This document shows positions 11,337 through 21,249 of a stretch of 64,000 nucleotides of DNA, one piece after another; the stretch's first letter is position 1; every line of letters starts with the position of its first letter. A model generated the notes under the pieces. That model was not told the origin of the DNA, searched no databases, and saw only the letters and a list, made by a program, of their open reading frames with translations. The DNA is from Paraspadella gotoi (taxonomy: Eukaryota; Animalia; Chaetognatha), in contig CM119264.1 of NCBI GenBank assembly GCA_051294375.1, positions 5,935,621 to 5,999,620 on the forward strand, written 5' to 3'. A program made the translations under genes and the position numbers.

Positions 11337-13105
11337 TTATAACGCATATATGGCTTGAAAACTTCCCCATTCCGTTGATACCGTCTTCATCTCAACGTCA
11401 ACAAAGCCAGAATTTATCAACGCCTTTTGATAACGATCAGGGCTCGTTTGTGTTGTCGTGAGAAAGCCCTTTGAAATTGGTTCCTAATATCATGGAACAA
11501 ATTCAAAATGAACTCTTTTTTTACTGTACTTCTATTAAATTTCTACATGAGTATTTAACCATCAACCTAAAACTAATCTGATGCAACAAGAATAGGTTTT
11601 ACTACTCTGGATTGGCAACTGTATGATGCCCGGGGTGAGGCAACTCCCAACAGCTGGCGCTCAGTGCTTTGGACCTGCAGTGACCACCCAAGTGACTGGG
11701 GTGTTAATGCCGACATCATCACACTTAACCAGCGTGACCGTGAGGGTATTTAACCCAGAACTCACAGTTGGTGAACCAGTACTTAGCAGTCCAAGCCAAT
11801 GGGTTTCACCAAGCTCTACAGGAGGCAAATTTAGGATTCGCCACATCTAAAACCTAAAATTAATCTGATGCAACAAGACTAGGTTTTACAATTCTGGATT
11901 GACATAACTTTGTCCTAAAATTATAAAATAACAGAATACACCTCAGGACCAATACTAGACTGCAAATTTTTCATCTTTTTTACCGAGTTTAACACTATAG
12001 TACAAATTGTGCCCTACCAAGTGCTAATTTTTTGGTCACTTTTTGTTTCAAAATTCAACTATTAATTGCTAACAACTCTTAAAAAACTAAAAAATTGAGG
12101 TTTTTTAAGCTAAATGAAGTGAAATAGTAGACTCCCGGGATAGTAGCTCCACATCGGCCGACTGTCGGTTTTAAACCGCCTGGACGGTCCTCACGCGCGC
12201 ACACACTAACAAATGTAAACATAATTTTTGCTTTGAGTATTTATGGTTTTGATTCGTAGTACATGTTATTATGACTTTTTCTAATTAACTTATCGCTATA
12301 CAGCAAACCTTAAGCCCGTTCAAGTTGAGGGCGGCCAACATCAGGCCACCTGGCTTCAATATCCTGTTCATTTCCATTGCTCCATTCAAATACTAGGCCA
12401 AAAGTAGAAGCAATTCACATGAAATATTCGGTCAAATAAGTTGTCATGAAATTCGTTTTATCAACACTAAAAAGAATTACCGGCAAAGTGAGATATAGGT
12501 AGGAAGGAAATTGAGATGTATAAAGGAAACAATATCTCCTCGCGATAACGCTGGTAATTTGTATTACAGAAGGCAAAATTAAAATATTGTCATGCTGCTT
12601 TATTTTTAAAAAAGTTACAAGAATTTTAATTAATAAATTACTGATAAAATGTAGTATATAGATTATATATTTTGGCTACCTGTGATTTGAAATTTTTAAT
12701 CTTCCCTGTCTTAATTTCCGAAGAAACTAATTTGGAAGCGTCTTGGATCATTTTAGTCGAGACATCAATTCCATAAACTTCACCAGAGTCAACGAACTTA
12801 AATGACTCCTTTAGACCATGGCCGGGTCCAAATCCAACCTCTAAAACTCGGTGATGACCCTTGCAAGACCAAAAGGTTGTAGTTTCCAAAAAAACGTCTC
12901 CAAAAATTTATATGCTTGCTTGTTATTTCCTATTGTTATTATTACCTACCTCAATTCCTAATAATTCGACAGCGCTTATGGTCATTTTCCTATTTCTTTT
13001 TGATAAAATATGAGCAATCATCAACCCTAAAGGGGAGCGTGTTGGATGTCCTAAATTCTTTTGGACACTCTTTGCAAACACTTTTGGTATCCATGAGTAA
13101 GACAT
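11337..13105 (-). CDS. Class I SAM-dependent methyltransferase (type 11, YdaC-like); apparent frameshifts (pseudogene or assembly error)
   Basis: Exons MSYSWIPKVFAK..., VLEVGFGPG (motif I), YGIDVS, FDRIFHVNCFYFW, RILKPGG, and last exon PDRYQKALINSGFVDVEMK...FQAIYAL* (TAA 11337-11339). Continuity needs single-base corrections in homopolymers near 12450, 12390 and probably 12690. Confidence 0.75.
11615..11820 (-). mobile_element. tRNA-derived SINE-like element
   Basis: Minus strand has A-box-like TGGCTTGGACTGCTAAG, degenerate B-box GGTTAAATAC, and a 3' tail CACTGAG...GGGCATCA..GTTGCCA shared with elements at 22.0 and 34.0 kb. Confidence 0.55.
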
Positions 13106-14101
13106 AGTATTACCTAGATTTCTGGACTGTAAAGTTTCTAAAATAAAATTTTAAATTTAAAAATAAATTTGGGAAAAATAACAGGTTTATTAAGGATTAA
13201 ATTTGACGATCACCCAAGATTGTAAATCGCTTCAGCGATTTACTTTACCCTTGAATTTCGGTCATTTTTTTCCTTTTTTTTGTCCGCTATTTTTTTTCCA
13301 TTATTTCCTTTTTCTTACTGGGAGATTTTTTTTCATTTCTTACTAACTGCATTTTGGTTCAGATTCCTATTGATTTCTATAAAGATTTTCTATTTTGTCT
13401 GCACCCACCTATTTTTCACTTACATTGTTTAATACAAAATAGCACATTTGTATATTTTTTTTTTCCAGACGGCACAATAAACCAAAAATTTTTTTAGGAC
13501 AAAATAACACTTCTTTAAAGGTCCTGTTCTCTTTTATGAAACAAAACATTCAAATTAAGTTTTTTTTATATTTTAAGCTTTATTATGAAAGGGCTCCCCA
13601 AACCAAAAAATATTCAGTAAGACAAGATAACACTTTTGATTAAGTTTTCAAAATTATTTACCAGATATTTTATTCTTTTTTAAGAATCAAAGGATCATGC
13701 AAAATAAATTTGATCTGCACCTGCTAAATATTTTTTTGCACCTGCTTTTACACAAAATATTAATTTCTATTTAAATTTATATCATTCCAAATAATTTTAT
13801 AATTTTTTAATTAACATCATTTTTTAAACAAAAAATCTTTACACGTATGATTGAGTTAACAGAAAAAACCAATTCGGGAAACTATTTGGAACCATCAGGG
13901 GAGACCTTCGGACATGCCTGGAGCGGTTTAAATTTTTTCCAAAGCACGTTTTTTAAAAAATTTAATTTAAAAAAAAAATAATTTTTTAAAGAAAATTTAT
14001 TTAAAAAAAATTCATGTACAACTGTATTTAAAGCAAATAAGTAAAATTATATATTTATCCTAATGATTTTTTCATATATAATTAAATATTATATCCTATA
14101 C

Positions 14102-14822
14102 AGAAGGCTTCATATTATAAAATGTGGTACCCCTTTTTTGAGACCAGAACACGTTCCGAAAAAACTACTGGACCATATTTATTGAAATTTAGTATGAGCG
14201 ATCCCTATGTGAATATAAATAAAACTATCGAGGCAAATTTCAATATTTGACCCCTGAGCCGAGATATGGGTCCCTGGAGGGGTCACTCTTAGGGGCAATA
14301 AATGGTAAAAATTTTTTAAAAAATTTTTCATTATTTTTGTTTTATAACAGTTGCATAGACGTTTACTTTTCACAAAAACGTATTAATTACCACAGAAATA
14401 TTAGTTTACCTTAATTTTCAGTTTTCATGAACATCAGCAGTTCAAATCACTTTTGGAATAATTTAGGAAAATTGGAAGTAAAATGATGAACCACGCATCT
14501 TCAAACTATGCTTAATTATTGAAAATCTTTCAATTTTAGTTTTAAAATGTTTTTTTTATATGTTTAAAACGTCAATGCACCTGATGCCACTAAAAATTTT
14601 CAAAAAATAAAAAAAAAATTTTGTGTTTTTTGGCCCCCAGGGGTCAACCCCCAGGGCCCTGTATCTCATGTTAGGAGTTGAATATTAAAATTCGCCTCGA
14701 TAGTTCCATTTATATCGTCATTAAAACTAAATGTAAAATTTCATGAAATTCGATCAGGTAGTTTGGTAGGAACAGATTCTGGTCACAAAAAAGGGTACCA
14801 CATTTATAATATGAAGCCTTCT
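14102..14822. mobile_element. MITE/foldback element with long imperfect terminal inverted repeats
   Basis: AGAAGGCTTCATATTATAAAATGTGGTACCC...GACCAGAA at the left matches TTCTGGTC...GGGTACCACATTTATAATATGAAGCCTTCT at the right; similarity extends roughly 190 bp. TATA flanks; no ORF. Confidence 0.85.
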
Positions 14823-15397
14823 TTATATTTTATCTTAATTTTTTTTTCTTACCCATATTTTTTTTAAAAATTGATATAAGTTAAATAAAATAATGCAAGT
14901 TAATGGTGCAAATAAACAAAATGATGCAAGGTAAAAAATTTATATAAGTTTAAAAATTATACAAGTTGAAAATAAAAAAAGTTAAAAAATGATACAAATT
15001 TAAAAAAATATTATTAATACCGCAGTAACAGTTCAGTTTAAGCCCTTGAAAGCGATTTACATGTATTGGCGCAGCCACTGATTTACAAGTTTACTGGTGA
15101 AATAATGATATTTTTTTAAATAAAATTGGTCCATTGAAGCAAAAAAAAAAAAAAAAAAGATTCGCGATAGGTTAAATTTTGAAAGCTGAGTCGTATCGGT
15201 GTGAATAGCCCACAATCGATCCGCAAAAAAGTCAGTCTTGAGAGTCGAAGAGCAGTGACAATGTTCCTTGAGACTATTTGCAAAATTACCAATTCAGTGA
15301 GCAGTTAAACTTCGTACATTTTTTTCTTTGTCAAAAAAAGTATGAATTCGATTTTAATTATTGTAAAAAAGTCAAAAGCAATCACAATATTTTTTTT

Positions 15398-18300
15398 TTA
15401 AGATTTCTTCTCTACCGGCACAGGGGGATTGATTCCCAAAACCGAACAAAGTTTGTTTCGCAATGGTTTAACTTCTTTATTAACATCTTTAGAATCCCAC
15501 TGCGTCTCAGACAAAATGTTCATTGCAATGTCCAATTTCGAAGAGTCGTCGTCATCTTCATCCAAAACATCGTCAAAAGCGACGAGCGCCTCATACAACT
15601 TTTCCGCTGTTATTGTCCTCACTCTTGGAAATCGATGACACAAAAATACTGAGAGTTGAACGAGCGCTTTCCGTCTCGCCTCTCCGGAAAACTGCAGGCA
15701 TCCGCAGAGAACCAGCGTGGCCGCCATCAGCTTCTGTGGATTCCTGGAGAGCTTTACCTCTTGTCTTACTAAAGCAACGAGTCGTTGGCCGAAGTTCCGT
15801 CCGCGCTCCTCGGCGACGACCGACTCAAGGCAACCCGAGGCCAGAAGGTGATCCATCATCTTGAAGAAGGGGATGGCCACGCGCTCGTTTTTTGGATTCC
15901 TCTCTAAGACGTCGAGCAAAGCGCCGGATACGCGGCGAAACTCGTCCTCGTCATCGGCGTCGGCGACGCCGTGGAAAAAGGCGGTGAGGGCTTCACCGGC
16001 ATGAAGAACGAGGGATTCGGTGAGACCACCCACGGAGACGACGAAACCGAGGAGAACTGGATACGCAAACTCTTTCGTGCTCAAGAGTCGACCGAAGAGA
16101 GGAAACGTAGACGAAGGCGACGACCAAACAATCTCCGCGCATAGTTCTCTGGGAAAAACCGCGCGAAGATCCTCCAGCCGTGGAGCGTGCGGCACGGGCG
16201 GCTCGTGCCACAGCAGAGACGCGAATGTGCGACCGGCGACCGAGCGGGTGCGGTCGATCTTCTCGCAGGCCTGCTGTACGACTGATGCGAAGGCAGTTGC
16301 GGAGAGAGAAGGGGAGATAAAGGAAGGAGCCTTATCTGCAGCGAAGCAGAAGACAAGCTCCAGTGCGCTAAGACCGGCCTCTCTAACCAAGCTGCCGACA
16401 TCACCGCGACTGTCGAGAGTGTAGTCATCGAGGGATGTCATTATGATCGCAACAACGTCGTCGAAAAGAGCCTTGGGGAAGGATTTTTTCGAGGGTGACG
16501 GGTCTTCTTCCAAACCAACCGTAGTTACGAGTTTCGCCAGTGCGCTTACTGCATCACGACGAGCTTCAGCCCAAGACAGAGTTTCCGGAGTGACGGTGGC
16601 GGCAGCTCGAAGGGCGGTGACGACGACGGACAAGTGGCTCGTGAGCATGAAGGCGGGAAGATTTGCTAAGGCCCTTGCGTGTCCTTGACGTGATTTCTCG
16701 AGTGTGGCTGCGTAAATAGCTTCGGTGTAGCGGTTGACGATTTCGGAGCAGTCTGCTTCGAAGTTTTCCGACTCAGGGTTAAAATATGATTCGCAAACGT
16801 GAGGAAGAGCGTCGACACCAAGAGCGGCGACAGTTTGATCGCCGTGCGGCAAAACGTCGTCGATAACCTCGAGCCACGCCCTCTTTATCTGCACGCTCCC
16901 GAGGTCAGAGAGAGGCATCCGTGCTTCGGACAAACGATGGATCATATGACAGCAAGCTTTTTTCGTCCACTCACCGGCCAAACCTTTGAAGAGAGAAGCG
17001 GCTTTCAGCGTGGGCACAATACTGTTAGCCTCCACCCAAATCGGCGTCGTCATCACCTCGACTAGATGCTCCGGTTTCCAATTAGCCCCGATTGTTCGTC
17101 GCGAAAACTGTCCCAGCGCCAACATAACGTCCCCCAAAGCGTAAAGAGCGCCGTGACGCTCCTCTAACCTTAAAGAGGTACAGGCCCGCACGAGTCTAGG
17201 GAGGACGGCAGTAGCAACATATTCTGGAGCCACTTCCGTAATTGAGGCCAAGGCGGCGCCCGTCAATTCTCGTATGGCCGGATCCCAATGGGAAGTCTTC
17301 TTCTGCATAAGATGCTCCACAAGTGTCGTCGTGTATTCAGGAAACTGGGCGACAAATCGAGCGATGTTGACAAAAGAGTTCGTACGATTACCGACGGCAA
17401 AATAATCGGCCGCCGTTAAAATCTCAATGCCGTGGGGAAACTCCCCCTGCCGACCAACGTTTTCCTGGAAGGCGGCGGAGGCGGCCCGTCGGCAGTTGAC
17501 TTCGCGATCGAAGACGGTGGTCACCAGTAGCGCGCCGGCAATCTTCTCCACGTGCGGGCGAATCACTTCCGGATCATAGGCACGTGCGAAAGACCAGCAA
17601 ACATAGCACGCGGCGTCTCGGACGTGAGCTCCAACGGCATAGCTGCCTCGCAAGTCTTCATATGCGAGCGCCTCCGCGACCACTGGTACGACCTGCGGCA
17701 ATCGCGAGGGCAACAAAAGGCCTCGACGACCAAGCTCAGCGAGTGTGAGACAGGCGCCGTGCCAGGCGCCATCGCCCTCGAGTGGCGAAAACAGCTCCAG
17801 AACCGAGGCGACCACTTGATCTGCCAGTTCACGGGGAAGTCTGCCCGTGACACGGCCGACACCTTTGGCCGCCGACCAACGCACGATCGTCTCCCGATCC
17901 TTCAAAGCTTCGAGGAGAAAAGCTATTATCTCTTCCACTTCGTCGGCCACAAAGACGTTTTCCTCCTCGTCTTGTTCCGTCGTCATGGTAACGTTTCGAG
18001 CTTTGGTGTTCGTCTCCAGATTGTCCTTGAGCGATCTCGATCCGCGTGAGTAACGCCAAGAAGCCACTCGACTCTTGAGGAAAGTGAGTCCTATCCGATT
18101 AATGGTTTTGGTGACGAGACGCCGAACTGTCGAGACCGCAAACTCCCCGATCTCGCGATCCAGCAATCCGCGGATGACTCGCGGCGCCAGTGGAATCAGG
18201 TCTTCTCTTTGTCCGTGCTTGAAAAGCAACGCTAGCGCCGTGAGAGTGCCGTGCAAGGTCGCCAAAGCCGAAGTGGAGTCTTTGATCGTTTGAAAGTAGC

Positions 18301-18976
18301 CAGGTCCCGAGGGAAGCTTGAGCAAGAGCCAATCGACGAAACCATCGAGCTTCAGCCCCTTGACGTCGGGTCGTGTGAGAAAGTGAGCAAGGAGAAAGGC
18401 GGAGGCCTCGTGACTTTTATCGTGAGACTCCAAGAATCTCCGACCAACCTCCAACACCCTGTCAACCATTGGCGGTCGGCCGTCGACGCCGGCGTCGAAA
18501 CGTGAGAGTTGGAAAGGGATTTTGATCACCATAGACAACCAGAGGAGCAGCGAATAGCGCGTTTGCCACGTGTACGGGTCGTCGGGGTCCTGCGCCTCCA
18601 ACAGAACCAGTAATGGATCCAGATCAGAGACCTCGTGAGGCATGTAGCGGATCACGTTCTTGTATCCTCTCATCTTGACTAAGAGATAGAGATAAGTGAA
18701 GGCTTGGTTGGTGAGCGGTTGGGAAAGCGATGGGTCGCGACCTTTGGCCAATAATGACCCGACGAGACCTTCCAGGTGGGGGTCGATCACGTGAGGTTGC
18801 TCCTGGTATCGATCAACAATCTTGGAAAATTCTTGGAAACCGAGCTCACGATCGATTTCACTTTGGCAGGAGGCATCGGTGAGATCATCTATCAGAGCCG
18901 ACAATTGAGCACTTTCAGAAAATTCCAAAGGCTTAACCGAGAGGGCGTCGCCCTCCGTGTCTTCGGGAGGGTTCAT
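15398..18976 (-). CDS. TBCD: Tubulin-specific chaperone D, single exon, 1192 aa
   Basis: Continuous ORF with YQEQPHVIDPHL, VRWSAAKGVGR, WHGACLTLAELGRRGLL, VRDAACYVCWSFARAY, DREVNCRRAASAAFQENVGRQG, DSRGDVGSLVREA. Confidence 0.97.
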   Translation of the reverse strand: MNPPEDTEGDALSVKPLEFSESAQLSALIDDLTDASCQSEIDRELGFQEFSKIVDRYQEQPHVIDPHLEGLVGSLLAKGRDPSLSQPLTNQAFTYLYLLVKMRGYKNVIRYMPHEVSDLDPLLVLLEAQDPDDPYTWQTRYSLLLWLSMVIKIPFQLSRFDAGVDGRPPMVDRVLEVGRRFLESHDKSHEASAFLLAHFLTRPDVKGLKLDGFVDWLLLKLPSGPGYFQTIKDSTSALATLHGTLTALALLFKHGQREDLIPLAPRVIRGLLDREIGEFAVSTVRRLVTKTINRIGLTFLKSRVASWRYSRGSRSLKDNLETNTKARNVTMTTEQDEEENVFVADEVEEIIAFLLEALKDRETIVRWSAAKGVGRVTGRLPRELADQVVASVLELFSPLEGDGAWHGACLTLAELGRRGLLLPSRLPQVVPVVAEALAYEDLRGSYAVGAHVRDAACYVCWSFARAYDPEVIRPHVEKIAGALLVTTVFDREVNCRRAASAAFQENVGRQGEFPHGIEILTAADYFAVGNRTNSFVNIARFVAQFPEYTTTLVEHLMQKKTSHWDPAIRELTGAALASITEVAPEYVATAVLPRLVRACTSLRLEERHGALYALGDVMLALGQFSRRTIGANWKPEHLVEVMTTPIWVEANSIVPTLKAASLFKGLAGEWTKKACCHMIHRLSEARMPLSDLGSVQIKRAWLEVIDDVLPHGDQTVAALGVDALPHVCESYFNPESENFEADCSEIVNRYTEAIYAATLEKSRQGHARALANLPAFMLTSHLSVVVTALRAAATVTPETLSWAEARRDAVSALAKLVTTVGLEEDPSPSKKSFPKALFDDVVAIIMTSLDDYTLDSRGDVGSLVREAGLSALELVFCFAADKAPSFISPSLSATAFASVVQQACEKIDRTRSVAGRTFASLLWHEPPVPHAPRLEDLRAVFPRELCAEIVWSSPSSTFPLFGRLLSTKEFAYPVLLGFVVSVGGLTESLVLHAGEALTAFFHGVADADDEDEFRRVSGALLDVLERNPKNERVAIPFFKMMDHLLASGCLESVVAEERGRNFGQRLVALVRQEVKLSRNPQKLMAATLVLCGCLQFSGEARRKALVQLSVFLCHRFPRVRTITAEKLYEALVAFDDVLDEDDDDSSKLDIAMNILSETQWDSKDVNKEVKPLRNKLCSVLGINPPVPVEKKS

Positions 18977-19277
18977 TATCGTTGAAATCGGTATTGGGAT
19001 TAAGTCATTTTACCATGTTATTTTTTATAACAATTTTCTGAAACAAATTTTTATAATATTACTATTTTTTAAATTCTGAAAATCTTTCTAAGCAGTCTTT
19101 CGAACCTTTTTCTTCCATGAAAAAAAATCAAGGACTTCTTTACTTTAGATTCAAAACCAGACGCGAAACAACTTCGCAGCGAATTCATCGCGAGTCATTT
19201 GACGACTTCGGTTGCCAGGTTGAACCAAAACGGAAATTTATTTCAAAATTGTTAAACGATCAAGCGAAAAAAAAGTC

Positions 19278-19475
19278 TCATCCGGAATCCCTGGCTTCGG
19301 CAAGCTGCGACAAAACTGTCACGGCCGTGGCGACGTCGCCGTGAAATTCTTCGATGACCATCAAAACGGTGGCGCGGTCCAACTTTCCCTCGAAAGCGCG
19401 AATCGCATCGTCGATGTCCGGTTCGTCCGGCAGAGAAACGTCATTATTAGAATTCGAAGCCTCGTTGGAGGTCAT
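19278..19475 (-). CDS. 65-aa protein consisting of a CUE/UBA-like ubiquitin-binding domain
   Basis: AFEGKLDRATVLMVIEEFHGDVATAVTVLSQL fits the CUE pattern. Composition is GC-rich like neighbouring exons, and TTTTAG lies 12 nt upstream of the ATG. Confidence 0.6.
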   Translation of the reverse strand: MTSNEASNSNNDVSLPDEPDIDDAIRAFEGKLDRATVLMVIEEFHGDVATAVTVLSQLAEARDSG

Positions 19476-19696
19476 GACGCAGTTTTACTAAAATCTCTCA
19501 ATAGGAGTCTAGGCTGTCAACGCAAAAAGGCCGATTTGGAACATCGAGTAACCATTTCGGGCGAAAGAGGCCGCGAAAAACTCTCTCTCTCTCTCTCTGT
19601 CTCGGGAGAGATCGCTCGGAAAAGAAAAACATTTCAGTGGATGTCGCAAAAGGTTTTGTACAGTTTAGCGCGAGAGCAACCCGCTAGCGATTCTTT

Positions 19697-21143
19697 CTAT
19701 CCCGCGTCGCCGCTGCCGATTCGATTCGTCTCCAAGTCGTCATCGTCGTCTTCCACTTTTTCGTATTCGAACTAAACGACGGGTTTTTTTTTAAGCAAAA
19801 TTTCATTCAAATTTAAATTTCGATTACAATTTTAATGGGAAACTTAGTACCTGGACCAATCCACTGGCGACAGCATAAGCTGTAAAAGCCGCCAGGGCTA
19901 AGCCTCCAAAGATTAACTGAAAAGAAGAAAAGTCAGATTCATGAAATATAACTAATCTGACATCAAAAATTTTACCTCTTATTTATCTCTTACATATTTA
20001 CCTTGTCCCTTATTGGGTGGGAAAACTCTCCCGCCGGTTGAGCGGATGTATTAGCTGAACTTCGTTGATTTGAATTGTTTCTATTTGTCCCCTAAATAAA
20101 TTTTCAAAAATCAAATATATATATATATATTTTTTAGATAAATTTGACCAAACCTGTCCGGAGCATTCGGGAAAATATACGTTGAGAATCCGCTCCATAT
20201 AGTCGACGAGATTGGGACATTTGTTGACCAAGTGTTGGTGCAAGGGGGCGTTGGGGAAAGGGATTTTCGCCACGGTGGCCACGTAACCAAAGACGATGGC
20301 GTCGAGAGAAGTGGGTGAATTTCCCAGCAAATACTCGTTCTCGCCTTTCAAGGAAAAGATTTTGGGGGGGGGGGAAGGGAGGAAAAATGAATAGAGGGGC
20401 GTCCAACACATCCTTACTAATAGAGTTAACACGCAGTATTACCAAGTTTGTTGGAGAGAATGGTCAAGCCTTCTTTAGCGTTGGCATAGACTTTCTGTTC
20501 TAGCTCTTCCTCGGTGATGCGTTCCATGTCGAAGATAGAAAAGATTCTGCCTTGGGCTTTCCCCTGCATTCGAACTGGAACGAACCATCTGGACGGAAAA
20601 TGAAAATGAAAATTTCATCCGTTAACTAATTAAATATCACTCTCTTTACCTGTAGTAAAAGGGCAAAGATGAAGCGTACCAAGGCCTGGTGAAAGAATCA
20701 TAGTTCTTTTTGTCCACCCAAAAAGAGTAGAGAAGGCCGGGGAGGATCTTACGCTCGAGCATGTGGCCATAGGCAATGACGTCGGCGCACGAGGACGGAG
20801 TCAGATCGAAATCCGCCGTGATGTGGTTGGATCGCAAATACTGACAGGGAAGAGTATTTTTCTTCCCGAGTTCAAATTAACGGCGTCGCCCAAATCTAAC
20901 CTGGATGATGCATTGGGCGGAGCCCTTAACACGTTCCCCCGCCGGACCGGGAGCCACGTAGACGGGGAGATCGCTCTCGAGCAGCGAGTCGCGACTTTCG
21001 CACTGGGAAAACTCAATGGGCGCGCCCGTGAATCTCACGTAGGCCATCACGGTCAGGCATCGGAGGTCGATGGAAGGAAGGCCCCAATCTCCGGGCATCA
21101 CCATCAGCTCCCCGAAATGTTCACGGTTCGACAAAGCAGTCAT
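19697..21143 (-). CDS. MTX1: Metaxin (MTX1/3 type), multi-exon
   Basis: GDWGLPSIDLRCLTVMAY, LERKILPGLLYSFWVD, YLLGNSPTSLDAIVFGY, HLVNKCPNLVDYMERIL, C-terminal TM LIFGGLALAAFTAYAVASGLVQ, then an acidic tail ending at TAG 19697-19699. Confidence 0.92.
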
Positions 21144-21249
21144 TTTCTCTTTTTTTTTCGTCCCTTTTAAATGTTTTATAATAAAGCACTGAGAAATATA
21201 AATACATGACCTTTATAAGAAAAAAGTACCAAACAAAATATTAAATCAA

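Noticed and set aside
15278-18985. Many plus-strand and alternate-frame ORFs over TBCD (likewise over IDS, MEF2, ZnT, ERLEC1, SERGEF and MRPL45, e.g. 24764..25165 and 41654..42337)
   Set aside because: Antisense shadows of GC-rich coding sequence; none resembles a protein family. They therefore do not break the strand uniformity.
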